This document shows, in pieces, positions 21,229 to 31,681 of a stretch of 64,000 nt of DNA (positions within the stretch are counted from its first letter, which is position 1; each line of letters begins with the position of its first letter). Made by a program: the position numbers and the translations under genes. A model generated the notes under the pieces. That model saw nothing but the letters and a program-made list of their open reading frames with translations. It made no database searches and had not been told where the DNA came from. This stretch comes from a bacterium (GTDB lineage Bacteria > Hinthialibacterota > Hinthialibacteria > Hinthialibacterales > Hinthialibacteraceae), in NCBI GenBank assembly GCA_963663405.2, contig CAXXSM010000041.1, forward strand, positions 1 to 64,000, written 5' to 3'.

Positions 21229-22337
21229 TATTCTTCTTTCTCCTGGAGGCTGTCTTCAAGGTATAGATCCACGATTTCATCGATCGGTTTCTTTTCAAGA
21301 TTAAAGTTGCAGAGAAGAATCACCGAGAATTTTTGTTCTTCAAACCGAACCAGCGCCGTGCGGAACGCTCCGAGTGAGCCGTCATGGCGGATATATTTTA
21401 ATCCACGGTATTCACCATGTCGCAGGCCGAAGGCGTAATCCAACACTTCACCATCATTCAGCGTTCCACGTGTATACATACGCTCGATTAACGATTGTCC
21501 ACCATTACCGAGTTTATTGTTGTAGAAATTCTGATCCCATAAAAACAAATCTTCAATGTTGGAATAGAGTCCCCCCGCTCCCGCGAGTTCGTAGGTGATA
21601 GCGTATGCGTCAAGAGAGATACGGCCATCATTCACATAATACCCGTGGGCGCGTTTGGGGATCAAAACACGGTTATCCGTGTGGAAGGCGGTATTCTTCA
21701 TCCCCAATGGATTGAAAATGTTTTGTTCGGCGAATTCATGAAACGGCATGCCGGACGCTTTTTCCACGATCAAACCCAGTAAAAAATAGGCGGTATTGCT
21801 GTATTTGTATTGGGAGCCCGTGGGGAATAATAGTTGATTAGTTTTGGTAATTAGATCGTACATCTGTTCTTTCTGACCATGCCCAACCAAGTTTTGACCG
21901 GATTCTGTCAATAAATTCGTATAGTCCCGCAATCCACTGATATGGTGTATTAAATGGCGGATTTGAATGGGTTTCTCATATTCCATCAATTCCGGCAGAT
22001 AAGTTCGTATATCGTCGTCTAGCTGGAGTTTCCCCTGTTCTTCAAGGAGCGCGATACACATCGATGTAAACTGTTTCGATACGGAAGCGAGATAAAAGTT
22101 CGTTTGTGGAGTGATGGGAATGTAGTGTTCAAGGTTTGCCATTCCATATCCACGGCTATAGATCAGTTGACCGTCTTTAATAACACCGAGCGCGCATCCA
22201 GGCGAATCCGGATTGTCCCATTGGGAAAACAAACGATCCACTTGATCGGAAAGCGCATCGGAGAAACCAACTGTTTGCCAGCAAACAATAATGCAGACAA
22301 GGATGATGATCCTTCCATATCCTGAAGAGATTCGCAT
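21228..22337 (-). CDS. Serine hydrolase, beta-lactamase class C/AmpC-like family
   Basis: ASVSKQF (SxxK), YSNTAY (YxN), HDGS; signal peptide. Confidence 0.9.
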   Translation of the reverse strand: MRISSGYGRIIILVCIIVCWQTVGFSDALSDQVDRLFSQWDNPDSPGCALGVIKDGQLIYSRGYGMANLEHYIPITPQTNFYLASVSKQFTSMCIALLEEQGKLQLDDDIRTYLPELMEYEKPIQIRHLIHHISGLRDYTNLLTESGQNLVGHGQKEQMYDLITKTNQLLFPTGSQYKYSNTAYFLLGLIVEKASGMPFHEFAEQNIFNPLGMKNTAFHTDNRVLIPKRAHGYYVNDGRISLDAYAITYELAGAGGLYSNIEDLFLWDQNFYNNKLGNGGQSLIERMYTRGTLNDGEVLDYAFGLRHGEYRGLKYIRHDGSLGAFRTALVRFEEQKFSVILLCNFNLEKKPIDEIVDLYLEDSLQEKEE

Positions 22338-22562
22338 CGATATACCTCCTTGATCTCAATCAATTCTTGGAATAGTAACACATTTGTTTTTCCAATATAA
22401 GTCAACTTGGTCAAAGAAGAAAGCCGCTCCCGGTTTAAATGGCCTTGACTTGACATGGCGCCATGCCGGACAATAGTACGGCGTTGTGAAACAGGATATC
22501 TTAAATCCGATTCGAGAATAATCCAACGTAATTGTGTTGTTAATGAAAAAGGAGTCCGATTC

Positions 22563-23594
22563 ATGAAATTCAGAAAAACCACAATTTTTTCATTCACCGT
22601 CTTCCTATTTGTTATCGCTTTTCTACCGCTAACAGACGCGGCAGAGAATGATACCCTTCGATTGCTCGAAACACGGAAAATATGGGATCAAGGGCCAACG
22701 AACGCGTTTACCGATCTCGTTCATTTTAAAGACCGTTTTTTCTGTGTGTTCCGCGAAGCGGAGGCCCATGTTTCGCCGGATGGAACGATCCGGGTGATCT
22801 CCTCCACAGACGGGAAAGAGTGGAAATCAGAGGCGTTGCTGGAATTGAATGGATACGACCTGCGCGATCCAAAGATTGTCGTGCATCCAGATGGAACGCG
22901 TTTGATGATTTATGGCGGCGCGGCGGTTCGTGAAGGAAATCAAACCGCCACAAAACATCGATCGTTTATGTATTCATCGCAGAATGGCCGCGATTGGAGT
23001 CCTATTGAATGGATTGCCGAAGAGGGACAATGGTTGTGGCGCGTGACATGGTTTGGAGATATTACGTATGGCGTAGCCTATGACGCTTCCTTTGAAAGCC
23101 GCAAAGCAAATCGGTATGGAACGGCTTTGCTCCAGAGTTCTGATGGAAGTGAATTCGTAGAGATCGTATCCGATCTTTTCCACGAACATAGCCCAAACGA
23201 AGCGACGCTTCGATTTAGTGACAATGGCGAATGTTATTGTTTGTTACGGCGTGATGGCCGTGAAGATAATTCGGCGCTGTTAGGAACATCAAAACCGCCA
23301 TATAAAAAATGGTCTTGGAAGAATCTTGGCCGCTATTTCGGCGGGCCGAATTTCATTCAAATTCCATCGGGCGCCTGGATCGCGTCAGGACGGTTTAAAA
23401 CGAAAGATGGATCAAAGACAGTCGTCTGCCGGTTGGATGTGGAAAAAGGAGAATTTATCCATCTGATTACACTTCCAAGCGGGGGCGACACGAGCTATCC
23501 CGGTATGATTTTACACGGCGGGAAACTCTGGATCAGCTATTATTCCAGTCATGAAGGAAAAACCTGTATTTACCTGGCGATATTTGACTATTAA
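22563..23594 (+). CDS. Secreted sialidase-like/BNR beta-propeller protein
   Basis: Signal peptide from MKFRK (RBS AGGAG); Asp-box-like SSTDGKEW, SSQNGRDW, SSDGSEF; GDTSYPG. Confidence 0.75.
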   Translation: MKFRKTTIFSFTVFLFVIAFLPLTDAAENDTLRLLETRKIWDQGPTNAFTDLVHFKDRFFCVFREAEAHVSPDGTIRVISSTDGKEWKSEALLELNGYDLRDPKIVVHPDGTRLMIYGGAAVREGNQTATKHRSFMYSSQNGRDWSPIEWIAEEGQWLWRVTWFGDITYGVAYDASFESRKANRYGTALLQSSDGSEFVEIVSDLFHEHSPNEATLRFSDNGECYCLLRRDGREDNSALLGTSKPPYKKWSWKNLGRYFGGPNFIQIPSGAWIASGRFKTKDGSKTVVCRLDVEKGEFIHLITLPSGGDTSYPGMILHGGKLWISYYSSHEGKTCIYLAIFDY

Positions 23595-23622
23595 TGGATT
23601 TTGCTATCCGAAAGAAAAACAA

Positions 23623-25935
23623 ATGATACGTACAAACTGTAATCACTATTTTTTTCTACTCCTTCTTCTTATCCTTATATCCCCTGTATGGGCCGATCCC
23701 ACTTTACCGGTTGGCTCCGCTCCCAAGCCTGTTGAGTTTCTCCATTTTCCCAGCCGGACGCATACATTCATTTGGCGCAATTGGCCGCTTGTTGAAGCGG
23801 AACGGTTGGCCGATGTGTTGGATACGAGTGTGGTTAATGTTCGTTCTGTGGCGGAATCGATGGGATTGCCTCCTCAGCGGCCAATTTCCCCGGAATACAA
23901 GAACCGCGTTTATATCACCTTGATCCGCCGCAACTGGCATTTGCTTCCTTACGAGCAACTCCTGACACTGCTCGATTTCACGCCCGAAGAACTGGCGCAT
24001 TCATTGCGGGAGGATGATTTTCTCTTCATCAAACTCGGTTCGCTTAAACCGGACTGTGAGCCCTTGAAATATACGGCGCCTACAAAAGATGCATTACAAC
24101 GTTGTGAAGAAATCAAGCGAATCGTGGAGGATGATTTCGGCGCCGCGCTCAAACAGCCATATGAAGAACGATTCCATTTTCTAGAGGAACTGAATCAGGT
24201 AAAACCGGTTGTCAGCGCTGCGCCAGGGAAAGAAAACACCCGATTCTCACCTCGTTATATTTATTCGTATTGCGCATTGTATGGCGATCCATTAATGGAT
24301 CCTGATCTAGCATCCTATCCGGATGGCTTGTTACAGAAGCTAGCTGGATTGGGCGTGGACGGCGTTTGGGTACATACTGTCCTCCGGCAGCTCGCGCCAA
24401 GTGAGTTGTTTCCAGAATTTGGAAAGGATTGTGAAATCCGGTTGGAGAACCTGGCTAAACTCGTCCAACGCGCCAAACAGTATGGGATTGGTATTTATTT
24501 ATATGTGAACGAACCGAGGGCGATGCCCGCTGATTTTTATACCAGCCGGGAAGAGATGCGAGGTGTGCAAGAAGGCGATTATTACGCGATGTGCACGTCT
24601 AATTCCCAGGTTCGCCAATGGATCACTGAATCTCTTGCGTATGTGTTCAAGAACGCGCCCGGTCTGGCGGGTGTGTTTACAATCTCCGGCTCCGAAAATC
24701 TGACCAATTGCGCTTCCCATAACGGATATACCCGCTGTCCGAACTGCCGCGATCGGAAACCGTCCGATATTATCGCGGAAGTAAACACAGCGATTGAAAA
24801 AGGCGTTCATCAAGGCGATCCCAACGCCAAAGTGATTGTGTGGGATTGGGGCTGGCGGGATGAATGGGTTGAAGAGATTATCAACCAACTCCCAAAGTCC
24901 ATTTGGCTCATGTCCGTCAGCGAATGGTCAAAACCAATCGAGCGGGGAGGCGTGAAAACCGCCGTGGGTGAATACTCCCTCTCCGCCGTAGGCCCAGGTC
25001 CCCGCGCAATTAAACACTGGGGCATGGCTAAACAGGCTGGTTTAAAGACAATCGCCAAAATGCAGATCAATAATACATGGGAACTTTCCGCCGTTCCCTA
25101 TCTGCCTGTATTGGATCTCGTGGCGGAACATTGTCATAATCTTCTTACTCATGATGTGAACGGATTGATGTTGAGTTGGACCCTCGGCGGGTATCCCTCT
25201 CCAAATTTGGAATTGATACAACAATTTGAGCGGCCTTCTCCACCTACCAAGGAAGAAGCGCTGGACACGTTGGCGCAATCCTATTTTGGAACCAGCGGCG
25301 CGCCTTTTGCCCGAGAAGCGTGGACCCGGTTTAGCCACGCGTTTCAAGAATTTCCTTTCCATGTTGGTGTTGTGTACCGCTGTCCTTCTCAATACGGTCC
25401 CTCGAATTTATTGTACCCCACTCCGACCGGCTATTCCGCGACGATGATCGGTTTTCCCTATGATGATGTAAATGGCTGGCGGGGGCCGTATCCAGCGGAT
25501 GTGTTCGCCGGGCAGTTCTCTAAAATCGCCGAAGGATGGGCGGATGGCTTACAATCATTGAAAAAGGCGGTTTCTATAGCTCCCTCGGAAAATAAATATG
25601 CGGTTGAATCGCAACTGCGTTTCGCCCAAGCCGCGCAACTGCATTTCTCTACTGTCGCCAATCAAGTCAGATTTACAATGATTCGTGATGAATTACTCAA
25701 AAAAACAAGTTCATTAACAAACGAACAACGCAAGGAACTAATAAAAGAAATGACAACAATCCTGCGGGATGAGATCACCATCGCCCGTCAACTGTTTCTT
25801 TTGACAAGACAGGATTCACGCATCGGATTTGAAGCATCCAATCATTATTACTACATACCCATTGACTTGATCGAAAAGGCAGTCAATTGCCGGTATATTC
25901 TTGATCGGATGGATACACTTTTTGCAAAGGAATAA
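23623..25935 (+). CDS. Secreted hypothetical protein, probable glycoside-hydrolase-like TIM barrel
   Basis: Long ORF with signal peptide; AKQYGIGIYLYVNEP and VIVWDWGW strand motifs. Confidence 0.6.
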   Translation: MIRTNCNHYFFLLLLLILISPVWADPTLPVGSAPKPVEFLHFPSRTHTFIWRNWPLVEAERLADVLDTSVVNVRSVAESMGLPPQRPISPEYKNRVYITLIRRNWHLLPYEQLLTLLDFTPEELAHSLREDDFLFIKLGSLKPDCEPLKYTAPTKDALQRCEEIKRIVEDDFGAALKQPYEERFHFLEELNQVKPVVSAAPGKENTRFSPRYIYSYCALYGDPLMDPDLASYPDGLLQKLAGLGVDGVWVHTVLRQLAPSELFPEFGKDCEIRLENLAKLVQRAKQYGIGIYLYVNEPRAMPADFYTSREEMRGVQEGDYYAMCTSNSQVRQWITESLAYVFKNAPGLAGVFTISGSENLTNCASHNGYTRCPNCRDRKPSDIIAEVNTAIEKGVHQGDPNAKVIVWDWGWRDEWVEEIINQLPKSIWLMSVSEWSKPIERGGVKTAVGEYSLSAVGPGPRAIKHWGMAKQAGLKTIAKMQINNTWELSAVPYLPVLDLVAEHCHNLLTHDVNGLMLSWTLGGYPSPNLELIQQFERPSPPTKEEALDTLAQSYFGTSGAPFAREAWTRFSHAFQEFPFHVGVVYRCPSQYGPSNLLYPTPTGYSATMIGFPYDDVNGWRGPYPADVFAGQFSKIAEGWADGLQSLKKAVSIAPSENKYAVESQLRFAQAAQLHFSTVANQVRFTMIRDELLKKTSSLTNEQRKELIKEMTTILRDEITIARQLFLLTRQDSRIGFEASNHYYYIPIDLIEKAVNCRYILDRMDTLFAKE

Positions 25936-26078
25936 ACCGGATGGTTGAAATAAATTGATATTGATAATATGTATGTTCTTGATTCTATTGATTGGATGTC
26001 AGTGCCTCAATGCACTAGGTATAGATTATCCATCAAAAGAAGACGGCAAAGCATGAACTAAAAAATTGGAGTATAACA

Positions 26079-26788
26079 ATGATCAAAATGAATCATATCT
26101 ACATAAATTCTTGTGTCGTAATTTTGTGTATTTTTCTATTTCTAATAACCTATAGAGCATTTCCTAGGGATGAGAAGCAGATAATTGATCTTGACTATCT
26201 TGATGAGATCGTGAATTTTAAAGATGATATAACGAAAAAAAGAATTTTTGAATACGAAAGTTTCCGCGAAACCTTCTGGCCTTTTATTAGACTATAAAAA
26301 TGAAGAAGATTCAGGGATATTTAGAGAAACTATTACTTTTAAAGATAGCTTATTAAAAGCAATATATTTTTTTGAAAGTGATACGGTTGAAGCAATTATG
26401 TTAGAATTTATCATAGTTAGCAATGATTATGTTGAAAAAAGTAAAGAGATTTTTACTGATATACAGACTTTAAAAGGTACAAAGTTTAAATATCTTTTAA
26501 CAGATGAAATGCAATCAAATACAAAGCTATTAAGGTACAAAAATAAACCTTCAGTGATATGGGATGAAAAAAACAAAGGTGTCCATATTTTCTGTTACTA
26601 TTATCAATAATAATAATTTTTCGGGTATATCTTCATATACTTTAGATATTTACAATAAACAGGGTGAAGTGATCAATATCATAGATGAGTTATTAAATAA
26701 GACAACGAATATACGTCCAGATTCTTTTAATGAAAAAGGGAACACTATACTTGAACATTTTCCAGAAAGAATAGAAATGAATCTATAA
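26079..26788 (+). CDS. AT-rich hypothetical membrane-anchored protein split over three overlapping frames (pseudogene or indel errors)
   Basis: Overlapping ORFs 26079-26297, 26248-26610 and 26564-26788; RBS GGAG; N-terminal hydrophobic helix. Confidence 0.5.
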
Positions 26789-26992
26789 TCAACTATCATA
26801 TACTTTTAACATGCTCTAAACGAGAAAACTACGAATTACTCCGGACTTCTGTTCATTTAAAATGAAATGATATAAGCCATGTAGAGCTATGTGCGGATCG
26901 AAGGCCGCCATTCATTGTTCTTGAAATTTGATAACTGCCATTCTATTTCAAATTATCATGGCAGTATATTGGTAAGTTAAGGAGCGCGATCA

Positions 26993-28657
26993 ATGACACG
27001 AAAAAAATGGATATACACAATCATTCTACTCATCATCCCTGCAATCCCGTCCTATTCCGATTCCTTTGACACCGCGAGCCAAAACGCCCGTATGGGGCAG
27101 GAGGCCTTTATCCGCAGCCATCGCGTTCTTCAAGCCTATCTCAAACGGATCGATCCAGTCACGGGACTGCTGCCGCGTAAAGGGGGTGTGAATACATGGT
27201 ACGTGCGAGATTCCGCCGCCGATCTCTATCCCTTTCTTGTCATGGCGGCGTATTATACGGACCGGCCGGTTTTTGATGATCAGATGTATGCGATACTTCG
27301 AAACGAAATCCGTCATTCCACCCGTGTGGGCATGCTCTCAGATAATGTCTTGCCGGGGGGAGAGGGATTTGAACATCCAGAGATCGATATGGATCGAATC
27401 ATCTTCGGTTCCTGTGAATATGTGAAAGATGGGCTGCTGCCACTCACCGAACTGTTTGGCCATCACGCATGGTACGATCGAATGGTGGGTATTATTGATG
27501 AGATGATCGAACGCGCGCCTTATACAACACGATTCGGCCCGGTTCCTTCTTTGAGCGCGGAGGTGAACGGGGAATTTCTGCAAGCGCTTTCCCGATTGGC
27601 GTATTTGACAGGAAATCAAAGGTACATCGGTCAAGCCATCCGCATCGGTTCGTTTTATTTTGAAGAAGTGATCCCCAAATCAAATGGCCTGCCCGCGCAT
27701 CAGTGGAATTTAGAGGATGGAAAACCAGCTGCCGATGTATTTAACTTCGCGGATCATGGAAATGAAATCGCCGGAGGGCTGTCGGAACTCGTTCTCTATT
27801 TGAAAGAATCAGGCCATCCACAGTACGGGCATTTTAAAGAACCGTTTGTCAAATTGATTGATCTTTTATTGGAATGTGGATTGAATCCGGATGGAGTCTG
27901 GTATTCGAAAATCGCGCTATCAGACCGGAAAATCATCGATTCACGACACGCGCATTGTTGGGGGTATCTGTTCAACGCCGTCTATACAGCCTATCTCATT
28001 ACCGGTGAACCACGTTTTCTTGAAGCGGTGGAACGAGCGTTTCAGTCAGTCACCGAAAAACCAACGTACCTTGACGATCCAGATGGCAGCGGGCGCGGAT
28101 ACGGCTCCAACGCGTATTCAGACGCGATCGAGAGCGCCATTGTCTTTCTCAACCGCCTGCCGGATCCCGAAAAAGCGCGTGTTCTCGATCAATGCGTAAA
28201 ACGGTTTCTCAGCCGACAGCGTGAAGATGGCATTATTGAGGACTGGTATGGCGATGGAAACTATGTCCGCACCGCGTTGATGTACGCCTTGATGAAATCG
28301 CAGGGCGCTTGGCTCGAACCGTGGCGAGAAGACGTCCAAACCGGCGCTGTTAGGGAAGGGGAGAGTGTCGCGCTCGTTGTAGAATCCACACGCCCCTGGC
28401 AAGGACATATTCGCTTCGATATCCCCCGGCATCAAGCGCATTTCAACATGTCCGTCAATCCCACGCGGTTGAACGAATTTCCTGAATGGTTCACCGTTGA
28501 CTTGGACCACCTTTATACTGTGGATATCGATGGAGAAACATCTGTACGGCTTGGAGGTGAACTGGCGCGGGGGCTTCCATTGAAACTCCAACTGGACGGG
28601 CGAACGCGCATACGGATATCGCCTTGGAACGCTCCACCTTATGGCGTGACGCCTTGA
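26993..28657 (+). CDS. Secreted hypothetical protein, likely (alpha/alpha)6 six-hairpin glycosidase-like
   Basis: Signal peptide, RBS AAGGAG; helical repeats such as AYLITGEPRFLEAVERA. Confidence 0.55.
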   Translation: MTRKKWIYTIILLIIPAIPSYSDSFDTASQNARMGQEAFIRSHRVLQAYLKRIDPVTGLLPRKGGVNTWYVRDSAADLYPFLVMAAYYTDRPVFDDQMYAILRNEIRHSTRVGMLSDNVLPGGEGFEHPEIDMDRIIFGSCEYVKDGLLPLTELFGHHAWYDRMVGIIDEMIERAPYTTRFGPVPSLSAEVNGEFLQALSRLAYLTGNQRYIGQAIRIGSFYFEEVIPKSNGLPAHQWNLEDGKPAADVFNFADHGNEIAGGLSELVLYLKESGHPQYGHFKEPFVKLIDLLLECGLNPDGVWYSKIALSDRKIIDSRHAHCWGYLFNAVYTAYLITGEPRFLEAVERAFQSVTEKPTYLDDPDGSGRGYGSNAYSDAIESAIVFLNRLPDPEKARVLDQCVKRFLSRQREDGIIEDWYGDGNYVRTALMYALMKSQGAWLEPWREDVQTGAVREGESVALVVESTRPWQGHIRFDIPRHQAHFNMSVNPTRLNEFPEWFTVDLDHLYTVDIDGETSVRLGGELARGLPLKLQLDGRTRIRISPWNAPPYGVTP

Positions 28658-28732
28658 TATCTATTAATAATGATCGAGAATACCCCTCAATTAAAAAATT
28701 CCAAATCAATCATTGAAGGAATTGATGAATCA

Positions 28733-30199
28733 ATGGAGAACAAACAAATCCCAAGAAGGAAACCGCTGCAGGCGAATATCGGCGTATTCGGTGTTGGGCA
28801 TTACACCTATTGGTCTCAGTTTGAAGGATTGCTGGATGAACTGAATCGAAAGAAGGATATCTTCATCCACAAACTAGATCAGCGTCAAGTCAATGTAACC
28901 GATTTTGGAATCATCGATGACGCCAAAAGCGCCTATGCCCTAATACCTAAACTCAAAGCGGCGGATCTCGATTTGATCTTCTGTGATATGCTCACTTACG
29001 CCACATCAAGCACATTCGGGATTATTATACGTGATATTGATTGCCCAATTGTGCTGGTGGCTTTGCAGTCCCTGAAAGCGATGGATTATACGAATGGATC
29101 AACATACATGCAGCTCTGCAACGACGATCTATGCTCTGTGCCGGAATTCACCGGCGTTGCCGTGCGCATGGGAAAAAAGGCGCCTCCCTGCATTCTTGGC
29201 GTGTTGGAAAACGATCCAATCGCCGATACGGAAATAACGGAATACTGTCAAATCGCAAAAGTCTTGCACGATGTTAAACGCGCCCGGATCGGTTTGATGG
29301 GACATGTGTTGGAATCGATGTTGGATATGCACAGTGACCCAACCCAGTTGACCGCCGCGTTCGGCTGTCATATCGTGCAAACGGAACCACATGATGTGTA
29401 CCGCTTGTATCGCGATGTCACGGAAGATGAAATCGAGTTGGAATCTAAGAAAATTCTTGATTTTTTCGATACGCCCGATCCCGGATCGGATCCCATCACC
29501 CGGAAATTGACGGAAGAGGATTTATCGACCGCCGCCAAAGTTTCTGTCGCGCTGAACCGGTTCATCGATGAAAAACAGTTGGATGGATTGGCCTATTATT
29601 ATGAAGGGGAACCGGAAAGTGAACTGCGGAAAGTGGTCACCAATTTTATTGTGGGTAATTCCATATTAATCGCCGCCGGTTTTCCCATGTGCGGCGAGTT
29701 GGATCTCAAAACTTGTCTCGCCATGATGATCATGGACCGTCTGGAAATTGGAGGCAGTTTCGCTGAATTCCATCCAATTGATTTTAGAGAAGGCTTTGTG
29801 TTAGTCGGCCACGATGGTCCCCATCATATCAATATCGCAGAGGGGCGGCCTGTCCTGCGGAGTCTATTGAAATATCATGGAAAACCAGGAAGCGGCGCGA
29901 GCGTTGAATTTAAATTGAAAGAAGGCCCGATCACCATGCTTGGGATTACCTCGACCTATGAGGGGAAATGTAAGTTTGTCATTGGGGAGGGGGAATCGGT
30001 TCACGGCCCGATTCCTCCAACAGGGAACACCAACACAAGAGGATATTTCAAACCGGACATCCGCACATTCTTAAAACAATGGGTGGCGGAAGGGCCGACG
30101 CATCATTACGCATTAGGGATCGGTCATCATGCGGAAACCATAAAAAAAATCGCCGAATTCTTACAGATTGAGGCGGTCATCGTCGCGCCGGGCGCCTGA
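28733..30199 (+). CDS. L-fucose/L-arabinose isomerase family protein (cytoplasmic)
   Basis: CGELD, FAEF, GHDG, TGNTN, GPTHHYALG motifs. Confidence 0.85.
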   Translation: MENKQIPRRKPLQANIGVFGVGHYTYWSQFEGLLDELNRKKDIFIHKLDQRQVNVTDFGIIDDAKSAYALIPKLKAADLDLIFCDMLTYATSSTFGIIIRDIDCPIVLVALQSLKAMDYTNGSTYMQLCNDDLCSVPEFTGVAVRMGKKAPPCILGVLENDPIADTEITEYCQIAKVLHDVKRARIGLMGHVLESMLDMHSDPTQLTAAFGCHIVQTEPHDVYRLYRDVTEDEIELESKKILDFFDTPDPGSDPITRKLTEEDLSTAAKVSVALNRFIDEKQLDGLAYYYEGEPESELRKVVTNFIVGNSILIAAGFPMCGELDLKTCLAMMIMDRLEIGGSFAEFHPIDFREGFVLVGHDGPHHINIAEGRPVLRSLLKYHGKPGSGASVEFKLKEGPITMLGITSTYEGKCKFVIGEGESVHGPIPPTGNTNTRGYFKPDIRTFLKQWVAEGPTHHYALGIGHHAETIKKIAEFLQIEAVIVAPGA

Positions 30200-30207
30200 G
30201 AGGTCTA

Positions 30208-31681
30208 ATGAATCCTGGATTTGTCATCTGTATTGTTCTTGGTTATTTTGGTATTCTATTATTCATCTCGCATTTCACATCGAAAGATACGAGTTCCAAA
30301 GTTTTTTTCATCGCGAATCGCAACTCGCATTGGTTCTTAGTTTCTTTTGGTATGATCGGCGCCGCGTTATCGGGTATCTCGTATGTATCCGTCCCCGGTG
30401 AAGTGGCCGATACCCAATTCGCATATTTTCAACTTGTGATAGGATACGCTCTGGGGATTATTCTCATTGCGGTGATTTTACTGCCTTTATATTATCGGTT
30501 GAATCTAGTTTCCATCTATACATTTCTTGAACGGCGGTTTGGCTTTTGGTCCTATAAAACCGGCGCAGTCTCTTTCTTCATCGCCCAAAGCTTATCGGCG
30601 GCGTTTCGGCTTTATTTAATGGCCAGTGTGCTTCAAATTTCCTTTTTCGATTCCTATCATATACCATTTTCCGTAACCGTTTTGATAACGATTTTATTAA
30701 TCTGGCTATATACGTTCCGGGCGGGGATCAAAACAATTGTCTATACGGATATTCTGCAAACTATATTTCTATTACTGGCTGTGGCGATCAGCATTTATGT
30801 CATCGGAAAAGAACTGCATTTGTCATTTGCGGGGCATATCAATAATTTTTTAGAAACCAGCCAGTCCAGTATGTTCGTCTGGGATTGGAAATCCAAACAG
30901 AACTTCTTCAAGTATCTATTCACAGGCGCTTTTTTAACGATCGTGACGAACGGCCTCGATCAAAGCATGATGCAGAAACATCTGACCTGCCGGACGCTTA
31001 AGGAATCGCAGAAGAATATGTTTTGTTTCAGCGGGATGTTACTTCTCGCGAATCTATTGATCTTATACGCGGGCCTTCTTCTCGTGCAGTACGCCCAGGC
31101 CGCGAACATTTGCCATTCCAGAAAACCGGGATGATCTATATCCTATGCTGGCGATACACCACTTGAGTTTCTCGGCGGGATTCTTTTTCTTAATCGGTAT
31201 CTCCGCCGCCGCGTATTCCAGCGCTGATTCAGCTCTAACGGCGTTGACCACATCATTTTGCATCGATTTTTTGGGAGACTCGGAACAGAACAGAACGAGT
31301 GAGAAAACACGCTTTAAGATACATCTAGGAATTGCGCTCTATTTATATGTACTGATTGTCGTTTTTCATCAATTCAAAGACCAAAGTATTATCAGCGCTT
31401 TTATTGGCGCGTCTGGTTATACATATGGACCATTATTAGGATTGTTTGCGTTTGGTATGTGTACAAAAATGCAAATTCGAGATCGTTGGGTTCCATGGAT
31501 CGCCGCCGCATCACCAACGATCTCTTATCTTTTTTACTTATATTCCGAACGCTTGCTTTGGGGATATCAATTTGGTTACGAAATCTTAATCTTGAATGCC
31601 GCTCTCATGTGTGCGGGATTATGGATTGTACGGAATAAGAAGAAAGCGGAAGTGAAACCAGGAATGGAGGATGGATCATGA
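30208..31681 (+). CDS. Sodium:solute symporter (frameshift near 31130)
   Basis: FFIANRNSHW, SIYTFLERRFG, GIKTIVYTDILQ, DQSMMQKHL, AAAYSSADSALTAL across two frames. Confidence 0.88.

Noticed and set aside
21228-22337. Antibiotic-resistance beta-lactamase
   Set aside because: The motifs only support the broad serine hydrolase/AmpC-like family; substrate cannot be inferred.
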